36,575 nucleotides of DNA from a virus (lineage: Duplodnaviria; Caudoviricetes), in IMG/VR virus record IMGVR_UViG_3300032753_000092, positions 1 through 36,575 of that record. One strand, 5' to 3'. Positions 17,316 to 24,862 of the stretch are shown here, piece after piece (within the stretch, counting starts at the first letter, position 1; the number at the start of each line of letters is the position of its first letter). The notes under the pieces were generated by a model. The model was not told the origin of the DNA. It made no database searches and saw only the letters and a list, made by a program, of their open reading frames with translations. Made by a program: the position numbers and the translations under genes.

Positions 17316-18944
17316 GTGTACAGTCGATTCCTTACCAAATTTCCAGATGGCTACAATCCTAGTAGTCAGCAAATTGACCTTATTAAGCGTATAGAGGATG
17401 CTTATGCAAAAGGTTACAAATACGTTATATGTACTGCACCTACAGGGTCAGGTAAAAGCTTTATATCAAAGACTTTAGGTAACGTTTCAAATAAATGTAC
17501 TGATGAGTTTAAAAGGCTTATTACCTCTTACGATGCCTTTAAACAGGACTATGTTGGTAATCACGTACATGAAATAGATTGCTTAAAAGAACCTAGCCAC
17601 GGTACTTTTGCACTTACTATTACTAAATCATTGCAAGATCAGTATAAGCAATTGTTTGACGACTCTTCGACACTCAAAGGTAAAAGTAATTACCAGTGTG
17701 AGGTTAATACTGACGTGGACGTTGAGAATGCACCGTGTCTACTATTGCCAAAGTTAAAAGAAGAGTGTTGGTCAACTAATAAGTGCCCGTATTATAATGC
17801 TCGTAACAAAGCATTAATTGATCAGTTTAGTATTCTAAACTATAAGATGTTTCTATCTTTACCAGGACATGTAAAACGTAAAAATTTTATTGTATGTGAT
17901 GAAGCATCTGAATTAGAGGATGAACTTGTAAAACACTTCTCGGTATTTGTTGAGCCTGAAAGGTTTAAGTTATTAGGGGTTAAAATACCTTTACTTTATT
18001 CAGAAGATATGCAACATGTACGTACCTGGCTTACAACATTAATGGCGACGTTAGGTGAACATATTGATTCATTAACTTCAAAGCATAATCATAAAAATGC
18101 TACATTAAACATTAATGATAAAATAAAATTAAATTATTTTAAGAACTTTCACCGTACATTAAACTTAATTGACAGTACATGGGAAAATTGTGAGTATGTG
18201 GTACAGCGTGAAAAGAGTACAGTAAGAATAACCCCCTTACGTGTAGATGTTTTATCAAAGTACGTATTTGACTATGCTGAAAATGTTTTGTTAATGTCAG
18301 CTACAATTGTTGACCATAAAAACTTTGCAAAAACTTTAGGTATTGATCAATACAAATATATTGAGGTAGATAGTACCTTTGATAGTAAAAAAGCTCCTAT
18401 ATACGTTTCAAATGTAGGTAGACTTAATAAACAAAATATTGATAGAAATATGCCAAAGATAGCAAAAGTTATTAAAGACATTTGTGAATCTCACGGTAAA
18501 GAAAAAGGTATTATACATACACATACTTTAGATATTACCAAACAATTACAGAAACATTTAAAAGGGGATAGATACTTGTTTAGAGATAACGAATCTAAAA
18601 ACGATAATATATTATCTAAACATTCCAAATCTAAAGAGCCTACTATTATAGTGAGCCCGTCAATGACGTTCGGTATTGACTTAAGAGATGATTTAGCAAG
18701 ATTTCAAATAATAGTTAAAGCTGCTTATTTACCTTTGGGTGATAATAGAATAAAACGTTTGTTTGATGAAGATAAAGAATGGTATACTGATAAGATGCTC
18801 ATTAATTTAGTACAAGCTTGTGGTAGAGGTATAAGAAGTAAGGACGATTATTGTACGACTTATATTATAGACCAAGCTATTACAGACGCTGTTATTGCTA
18901 ACAGAGCTAAGTTACCAAAGTACTTCGTTGATAGATTTGCATAA
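17316..18944 (+). CDS. DinG/Rad3(XPD)-family SF2 helicase
   Basis: Q motif, APTGSGKS, KGKSNYQC..C..C..CPYY (FeS ligands), DEAS, MSAT, GIDL, QACGRGIR; preceded by TTGTTT-17-TATAAT. Confidence 0.88.
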   Translation: MYSRFLTKFPDGYNPSSQQIDLIKRIEDAYAKGYKYVICTAPTGSGKSFISKTLGNVSNKCTDEFKRLITSYDAFKQDYVGNHVHEIDCLKEPSHGTFALTITKSLQDQYKQLFDDSSTLKGKSNYQCEVNTDVDVENAPCLLLPKLKEECWSTNKCPYYNARNKALIDQFSILNYKMFLSLPGHVKRKNFIVCDEASELEDELVKHFSVFVEPERFKLLGVKIPLLYSEDMQHVRTWLTTLMATLGEHIDSLTSKHNHKNATLNINDKIKLNYFKNFHRTLNLIDSTWENCEYVVQREKSTVRITPLRVDVLSKYVFDYAENVLLMSATIVDHKNFAKTLGIDQYKYIEVDSTFDSKKAPIYVSNVGRLNKQNIDRNMPKIAKVIKDICESHGKEKGIIHTHTLDITKQLQKHLKGDRYLFRDNESKNDNILSKHSKSKEPTIIVSPSMTFGIDLRDDLARFQIIVKAAYLPLGDNRIKRLFDEDKEWYTDKMLINLVQACGRGIRSKDDYCTTYIIDQAITDAVIANRAKLPKYFVDRFA

Positions 18945-18952
18945 ATATAAAT

Positions 18953-19600
18953 GTGCAGTCATTTAAACAACATCACACTCAAATGTTAGAAGAGGGTAAA
19001 TTTGGTAACATACTAAAAGCAGCCACGTTAGCTACTATGGTTGGTTCTTCTGCCCCAGGTATGCCAACGCATGACAATAAAGTAGATACAAGCATACAAC
19101 AAGCTGCAAACCCAACACCTAGTACTAGAGTAAGTAGTGAAGCTATTTTTAAACAATTAGTAAAACACGAAGGTTACAAAAAACATATATACAAAGATAC
19201 AAAAGGAATACCTACCATTGGTATTGGTTTTAATTTAAACGATAAAAACAATCAGCGTATATTAGCTAAGTATGGGATTTCTAATCATGAATTGCATAAC
19301 GGGTTAAGTGATATGGAAATTAGACAATTGTACAATGATACCGTACAGATTGCTATTAAAAATGCTAAACACTTTGCACCTAATTTTGATTCATTACCGA
19401 GCAACGCACAGTTAGCTTTAATTGATTTATCTTTCAATTTAGGTGCTAATAAACTAAATGAGTTTAAAAATTTAAAGCACGCTGTAGCAAATAAAAACTT
19501 TCATGCGGCAGCTGCAGCTTTAAAAGATAGCAAATGGTACCGTCAAGTCGGTAATAGGGGTATTGATTTAGTTAACCAACTTAAAAACGCTTCTTCTTAA
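18953..19600 (+). CDS. T4-type (GH24) lysozyme with N-terminal extension
   Basis: HEGYKKHIYKDTKGIPTIGIG has E-x8-D-x5-T catalytic spacing; FNLG; SKWYRQVGNR. Confidence 0.88.
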   Translation: MQSFKQHHTQMLEEGKFGNILKAATLATMVGSSAPGMPTHDNKVDTSIQQAANPTPSTRVSSEAIFKQLVKHEGYKKHIYKDTKGIPTIGIGFNLNDKNNQRILAKYGISNHELHNGLSDMEIRQLYNDTVQIAIKNAKHFAPNFDSLPSNAQLALIDLSFNLGANKLNEFKNLKHAVANKNFHAAAAALKDSKWYRQVGNRGIDLVNQLKNASS

Positions 19601-19817
19601 GAATAGTTTTTTTACTTGCTTTAATATTTTTAGGTAACGTGCCTACAAATGTATTCATGTGAGTGTTTGTATCACCCCAAAAACCACTTGCAGCATCTGT
19701 TGTACCACTACTTTGATTATCACTATTAAACACATTGTTCATGTGTCCATGTGATTTTGATCTACGTGCTGTTATACGGCGTTTCGTATCAAACGGAACG
19801 CGAAAATCTTCATTTAC
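19581..19817 (-). CDS. Unlisted open frame (78 codons), either a frameshift extension of 19810-20022 or a 53-aa ORF from ATG 19742
   Basis: Manual translation VNEDFRVPFDTKRRITARRSKSHGHMNNVF...ASGFWGD...KKKRF*; fills the otherwise empty gap. Confidence 0.5.
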   Translation of the reverse strand, partial: VNEDFRVPFDTKRRITARRSKSHGHMNNVFNSDNQSSGTTDAASGFWGDTNTHMNTFVGTLPKNIKASKKTILKKKRF

Positions 19818-20022
19818 TTTTTTTTTTAGGTTTAGCGCCTAAACCTTTATATCTATCACCGATTTTTTTAATGTATGGGTTTTTAGATAGACCAAGTTTG
19901 CTTTTTTCTTTTTCAGAAACTTTAGCATCTTTTTTCATTTCAGCTTTTACTTCAGCTTTTTCTAACCATTTAGGTTTATGAGCTTCTTTTAAGATTTCAT
20001 TTACTATGGTATCAAACTTCAT
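19810..20022 (-). CDS. Small basic putative internal head protein
   Basis: MKFDTIVNEILKE leader, Lys-rich body, TAAATA 7 nt upstream. Confidence 0.65.
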   Translation of the reverse strand: MKFDTIVNEILKEAHKPKWLEKAEVKAEMKKDAKVSEKEKSKLGLSKNPYIKKIGDRYKGLGAKPKKKSK

Positions 20023-20028
20023 ATAGTA

Positions 20029-20637
20029 TTATTTATTATTAACATTAACGTTTATTATAAATCTTGCTCCAACAGTTGGAGATGTGCTGGTATGATACCT
20101 ATTACCGTTAAAGATTAAAACTCTACCTTTTTTAGGCTTAACTCTGGCTAACTCTTTAAAGCCAAGTTTAGCAGGGTCTATATCTAAACCTTTAAATGGT
20201 ACTTCTTCTGTTGTTTTATCAAACAATACCGTATCACCATCAGCATCATTTACATAGTATAGAAACACTGAGTGGGGTTCATCCAAATCTATATGTACAC
20301 AATCATACTGTTTAATAAACTTTTTATCTAATGGTAATAAACAAAATCCTCTAGCTTGTAATACCTCATTATATTGTATGTTAGCTTTCTTAGCAATTTC
20401 TTCTATTAAAGGTACAACAACATCGGTATATACATCTTCTTTAACGTTTGTAAAATTATTGTAAAGAGGTAAACTAAATCCCATAGTACTATCATGCCTT
20501 ACATCTTCCCTTCTAACTGAACAGACGTTAACACGAAAAGCCCAAGAATTTTGTTTAGTTATAGTTTCTTCAAGTAAGTCTTGAAAATTCTTCTTAACAA
20601 CGTCATCAATGATGAGATATTCTTTACCGTCAAACAT
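20029..20637 (-). CDS. 2OG-Fe(II) oxygenase-like protein
   Basis: HID (HxD), YYVNDADGDT, FNGNRYH and distal R (RFIINVN). Confidence 0.75.
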   Translation of the reverse strand: MFDGKEYLIIDDVVKKNFQDLLEETITKQNSWAFRVNVCSVRREDVRHDSTMGFSLPLYNNFTNVKEDVYTDVVVPLIEEIAKKANIQYNEVLQARGFCLLPLDKKFIKQYDCVHIDLDEPHSVFLYYVNDADGDTVLFDKTTEEVPFKGLDIDPAKLGFKELARVKPKKGRVLIFNGNRYHTSTSPTVGARFIINVNVNNK

Positions 20638-20858
20638 TATTTCTTTTTTCTAATATTGTCTGCAAACTGAGCACGCTTTCTTTCTAACTTGGTGCCTGTT
20701 TTTTCTAAACGTTTAAGTTCACTTACTGAAATTTTTTCGCCTTTCTTTTTATGTTCCTGTTTTCTAAGTGCACCTTTTTTGATGCCTTTAACTGCTTTTT
20801 TTACCCAGTTCTTTTTAGATTCATTTAAGATTTCGTCAACTAATGTATTGAATTTCAT
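20637..20858 (-). CDS. Small basic putative internal head/DNA-binding protein
   Basis: Start moved to ATG 20858 (TATAAATA 5 nt upstream); MKFNTLVDEILNE leader then NWVKKAV..KKGALRK..KKGEKI..KRAQFA. Confidence 0.7.
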   Translation of the reverse strand: MKFNTLVDEILNESKKNWVKKAVKGIKKGALRKQEHKKKGEKISVSELKRLEKTGTKLERKRAQFADNIRKKK

Positions 20859-20875
20859 ACTATTATTTATATAAT
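20848..20875 (+). promoter_or_regulatory. Sigma70-type promoter overlapping a divergent late promoter
   Basis: TTGAAT, 16 nt, TATAAT; ATG 20881 is 5 nt later; TAAATA on the minus strand at 20864-20869. Confidence 0.55.
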
Positions 20876-20880
20876 CAAGT

Positions 20881-21264
20881 ATGGTTAAAGTCTCAAGTAA
20901 AAAGGTTACATGTGTAGTTACAGGCAAGTCTACTGCTTACGCCGGTGAATACCTACAGAAAAAAATAGAAGAATACGGTGGTGAAACTTCTTTAGACAAA
21001 TATTACGTTTGCAAAGAAGTTAGAGCGTTACTAAAAAAAGGGTATAAAGTTAACGACATACGTAAGATATTAGATGTGCCTGGAGATGTAGACCCGTTAC
21101 CGGAAGATGTAATTAATGAAATAGAAAAAGATTATCAAAAGACGTCTTTTAAGGTAAATGACATAAGCAGTCAATCTTTAAGCACCATTACAAATTTAAC
21201 TTACGATAAATCGGATGAAGACGTTGAATCCTTCATAAATGCATATATAATGAATAAGTCATGA
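20881..21264 (+). CDS. Hypothetical protein
   Basis: 127-aa ORF; CVVTGK...YVC motif; followed by coupled genes. Confidence 0.7.
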   Translation: MVKVSSKKVTCVVTGKSTAYAGEYLQKKIEEYGGETSLDKYYVCKEVRALLKKGYKVNDIRKILDVPGDVDPLPEDVINEIEKDYQKTSFKVNDISSQSLSTITNLTYDKSDEDVESFINAYIMNKS

Positions 21265-21485
21265 AAGAGTCCCGCATCTTAACATTAAATTCAAATCATT
21301 CTATAGCTATAAAAAACTCCCGAACCGGTCAGACAATTAAGATACTAACCGTTGATGGTGAAATTATAGGAGGGCCTAGCGTATCTGGAGATACAGGTTA
21401 CGTTAGTGTTAAAAAAGGTGGTGTAAACAAAACGTATGTATATGATATGACAAAAGGAACAGTTATAAAAATTTTTACTACATGA
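21261..21485 (+). CDS. Hypothetical protein (beta-rich, 74 aa)
   Basis: ATGA-coupled at both ends. Confidence 0.65.
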   Translation: MKESRILTLNSNHSIAIKNSRTGQTIKILTVDGEIIGGPSVSGDTGYVSVKKGGVNKTYVYDMTKGTVIKIFTT

Positions 21486-21991
21486 TTGATATTGAAACAG
21501 TTAATAAACCAATTGATTATTCTGCTTATAATTTTGTAAGCAGTTTAAAAGAGTATCCTATTTTATTTTTAGGTTTCGTAATTAAAAACCAATATGATAA
21601 CCTGAGAGTTAATATTGAAGAAAATTATAAGCCTATTAATTTGCTACATTTTAGCAAAGATAGGCAATCTGTTACCGCTCTCAAAGGTATTAAACTAATA
21701 CCAAATAATAATGTAAAAAAGCTTTATAATGCAATAAAAGTACAAGAGCAACTAGCAATGAATTTAGTTATATACGAAAATCTATTAAATCAGTATGGTT
21801 TTGCTTGTAAAGAGACTTACGGGCTTTTTGCTCCAGGTATGTATCCAATAGACTTTACTAATTTAAAATCTATTTGCGATAACGATTTTAATGGAGATAA
21901 AAAAATATTTCAACATCTTTTAGGGTTAGATGAAAAGGTTTTTGACTTTCAAAAATTTTCTTCCTTAAAGTTATTCATACTAACAGTATGA
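21482..21991 (+). CDS. Hypothetical protein
   Basis: 169-aa ORF coupled to the previous gene. Confidence 0.65.
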   Translation: MIDIETVNKPIDYSAYNFVSSLKEYPILFLGFVIKNQYDNLRVNIEENYKPINLLHFSKDRQSVTALKGIKLIPNNNVKKLYNAIKVQEQLAMNLVIYENLLNQYGFACKETYGLFAPGMYPIDFTNLKSICDNDFNGDKKIFQHLLGLDEKVFDFQKFSSLKLFILTV

Positions 21992-22020
21992 ACCCCGAAC
22001 CAACAATAAATAATATACCT

Positions 22021-22992
22021 ATGATTTTTAATGAACAGATTTCACGCAAACCGAATCGCTATCCATGGACGGAAGATTTTATAGAATCCATGCATAACGG
22101 TTTCTGGACTGACAAGGAGTTCAGTTTTAAATCAGACGTGCAGCAATTCAAAGTTAATTTAACAGACCAAGAAAGGGAAATTATTATTCGCACCCTCTCT
22201 GCTATTGGTCAAATAGAAGTAGCTGTAAAAACTTTCTGGGCAAAGTTAGGAGAAAATTTACCTCACCCATCGTTACAAGATTTAGGCTACGTTATGGCTA
22301 ACACAGAAGTTATTCATAACAATGCATATGAAAGATTGATTACAGTTTTAGGACTAGAAGACGTATTTGAAGAAAATTTAAAACTAGAATGGATTGAAGG
22401 ACGCGTAAAGTATCTCAAAAAGTACACGCACCGTTTTTATAAAGATCATAAAAAGCAATACCTATACGCTATTATTCTTTTTACCTTATTTGTAGAGAAC
22501 GTTTCTCTGATGAGCCAGTTTTATATCATTAACTGGTTTGCACGTAATAAAAACGTACTCAAAGATACTGACCAGCAAGTAAAATATACACGCAATGAAG
22601 AAAATATTCATGGCTTGGTTGGTATGAAAATTATCAATACTATTAGAGAAGAATATCCTGAGCTCTTTGATGATGAACTCATGGAAAAGATACTTGGTGA
22701 AGCAAAAGAGGCTTACGAATGTGAAGCCAAAATTGTTGACTGGATGGTTAATGGTATTAACGCAGACGGGCTAACTGCTGCACATCTTAAAGAGTTCATT
22801 AAAGATAGAATAAATGAATCTCTCAAAGGTATTAATTTCCCCACTGTATTTGAAACAGACCAAAAGTTACTTAAGGATACTGCGTGGTTTAATGAAGAGC
22901 TGTTAGGTAATAACATGACTGACTTCTTTCATTCACGTCCTGTCGAGTATTCAAAGAAATCTCAAAGTTTCTCTGAAGACGACCTGTTTTAA
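22021..22992 (+). CDS. nrdB: Ribonucleotide reductase class I beta subunit (class Id-like)
   Basis: FWTDKEF, QIEVAVKTFW, EVIHNNAY, ENVSLMSQF, EENIH, DFFHSRPVEY; start at 22021 preferred (TAAATA 8 nt upstream), 21988 is possible. Confidence 0.92.
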   Translation: MIFNEQISRKPNRYPWTEDFIESMHNGFWTDKEFSFKSDVQQFKVNLTDQEREIIIRTLSAIGQIEVAVKTFWAKLGENLPHPSLQDLGYVMANTEVIHNNAYERLITVLGLEDVFEENLKLEWIEGRVKYLKKYTHRFYKDHKKQYLYAIILFTLFVENVSLMSQFYIINWFARNKNVLKDTDQQVKYTRNEENIHGLVGMKIINTIREEYPELFDDELMEKILGEAKEAYECEAKIVDWMVNGINADGLTAAHLKEFIKDRINESLKGINFPTVFETDQKLLKDTAWFNEELLGNNMTDFFHSRPVEYSKKSQSFSEDDLF

Positions 22993-23018
22993 TCTAAACC
23001 TTATACTATAATACAACT

Positions 23019-24671
23019 ATGTCAAACAAAGATATCTATTGGCTAAATAATGACTCACGTAAATTTCTTGCAAGAGGTTACCTATTAGAAAACGAAACCG
23101 CAGAACAACGTATTAGAGATATTGCTGAAAAAGCAGAATACTATCTCAACTTACCTGGTTTTGCAGATAAGTTTGAAGGTTACATGCATAAAGGGTTCTA
23201 CTCTTTGGCATCACCAATTTGGGCTAATTTTGGACGTAAACGTGGTTTACCTATTTCTTGTTTTGGTTCTTATGTGGATGATGATATGGATGCTATTCTT
23301 TATAAAATAGCTGAAGTAGGTGCAATGTCCAAATCAGGTGGTGGTACATCTGGTTACTTTGGTGCTATTAGACCCCGTGGTACTCCAATTGGTTCAGGTG
23401 GTGAGTCAACCGGTGTGCATCATCAATTGACAGTATTTGAATCCTTAACAGATTATATTTCACAGGGTAATGTACGTAGAGGTTCTTTTGCAGCTTACTT
23501 ACCAATTGATCATAAAGACATTGAAGAGTTTCTAAACATTAGAAAAGACGGTGATGCAATTCAAAACCTTTCAATTGGTGTTTGTGTTACTGATAAATGG
23601 TTTAAACAAATGGTTGACGGTGATAAAGAAAAGAGACGTATTTGGGGTTTAGTAATTAAGAAGCGTTTTGAAACTGGTTACCCATATATCTTTTTTACTG
23701 ATAATGCAAATAGACAAGCACCAAAAGTTTATAAAGATAAAGGGTTAAAAATTAACCACAGTAATCTTTGCACTGAAATTATGCTTTCAAACGGTGTTGA
23801 TGAATCGTTTGTTTGTGATTTGTCTTCGTTAAACTTTGAAAAGTGGGATGAATGGAAAGATACCGATGCAGTAGAAACTTTAGTTTACTTTTTAGATTCT
23901 GTAATGACAGAGTTTATTAATAAGACTGAAGGTATGAAGTTCATGGACCATCCAAGAAACTTTGCTGTTAATCAGAGAGCTCTTGGTATTGGCGCATTAG
24001 GCTGGCATACTTACTTACAATCTAAAATGATTGTATTTGAGTCTATGGAAGCTAAACTTTTAAATACACAAATTTGGAAGTTTGTGCGTACTAAAGCAGA
24101 TCAAGCATCGGAGCAATTAGCTAAAGAATATGGTGAACCGCCTTTATTAAAAGGATATAATCGTCGTAATGTAACTACATTAGCAGTTGCACCTACAACA
24201 TCTAGTTCGTTTATTTTAGGCCAAGCATCACCTTCTATTGAACCTCTTAACTCTAATTACTTTACAAAGGATTTAGCTAAAGGTAAATTTACATACAGAA
24301 ATCCGTACTTAGAAAACTTATTACAAAGTAAGAACAAGAACACTGAAGCTGTTTGGAAGTCTATACTAGTAAAAGGTGGTTCAGTACAACACTTAGAGTT
24401 TTTAACGCAAATAGAAAAAGATGTGTTTAAGACTTTCGGTGAAATTAGTCAGAAAGAAATTGTAATACAAGCAGCAGCTCGTCAAAAATATATTGATCAA
24501 GGTCAATCATTAAACTTAATGATACCACCAGATACTAAGCCAAAGGATGTAAATGACTTACTTATCTTTGCTTGGGAAAATGGTATTAAGAGTTTATATT
24601 ACCAACGTTCAGCTAACCCAGCACAAGAATTAGCACGTTCTATTTTAACTTGCTATAGTTGTGAAGCTTAA
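23019..24671 (+). CDS. nrdA: Ribonucleotide reductase class I alpha subunit without ATP cone
   Basis: ISCF, GGGTS, RRG, SNLCTE, APTTSSS, KSLYYQR, C-terminal CYSCE. Confidence 0.94.
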   Translation: MSNKDIYWLNNDSRKFLARGYLLENETAEQRIRDIAEKAEYYLNLPGFADKFEGYMHKGFYSLASPIWANFGRKRGLPISCFGSYVDDDMDAILYKIAEVGAMSKSGGGTSGYFGAIRPRGTPIGSGGESTGVHHQLTVFESLTDYISQGNVRRGSFAAYLPIDHKDIEEFLNIRKDGDAIQNLSIGVCVTDKWFKQMVDGDKEKRRIWGLVIKKRFETGYPYIFFTDNANRQAPKVYKDKGLKINHSNLCTEIMLSNGVDESFVCDLSSLNFEKWDEWKDTDAVETLVYFLDSVMTEFINKTEGMKFMDHPRNFAVNQRALGIGALGWHTYLQSKMIVFESMEAKLLNTQIWKFVRTKADQASEQLAKEYGEPPLLKGYNRRNVTTLAVAPTTSSSFILGQASPSIEPLNSNYFTKDLAKGKFTYRNPYLENLLQSKNKNTEAVWKSILVKGGSVQHLEFLTQIEKDVFKTFGEISQKEIVIQAAARQKYIDQGQSLNLMIPPDTKPKDVNDLLIFAWENGIKSLYYQRSANPAQELARSILTCYSCEA

Positions 24672-24682
24672 TATATATTATT

Positions 24683-24862
24683 GTGGACGGTAAGTGCTCC
24701 TGTAATAACATTTCATATAAAGAAATATGCCACATCGTTAATAAACACGACGATGTGAAATCTATACTTGATTTACAGCAATATTGTCATTGCGCTGATA
24801 GATGCAGTGGGTGTGTAGATGATATTAAACAAATAATAGATTTGTTTAGAAAAGAAAAATAA
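24683..24862 (+). CDS. BFD-like [2Fe-2S] ferredoxin (59 aa, not in the ORF track)
   Basis: GTG start; MDGKCSCNNISYKEICHIVNKHDDVKSILDLQQYCHCADRCSGCVDDIKQIIDLFRKEK with CxC...CxxC. Confidence 0.72.
   Translation: MDGKCSCNNISYKEICHIVNKHDDVKSILDLQQYCHCADRCSGCVDDIKQIIDLFRKEK

Noticed and set aside
22021-24671. Intron or intein in nrdA/nrdB
   Set aside because: Both frames are continuous and compact with no insertion between conserved motifs.
24720-24768. Inverted repeat CACATCGT...ACGATGTG after nrdA as a terminator
   Set aside because: It lies inside the BFD-like ORF, has a long loop and no U-tract; a regulatory role cannot be excluded but is unsupported.
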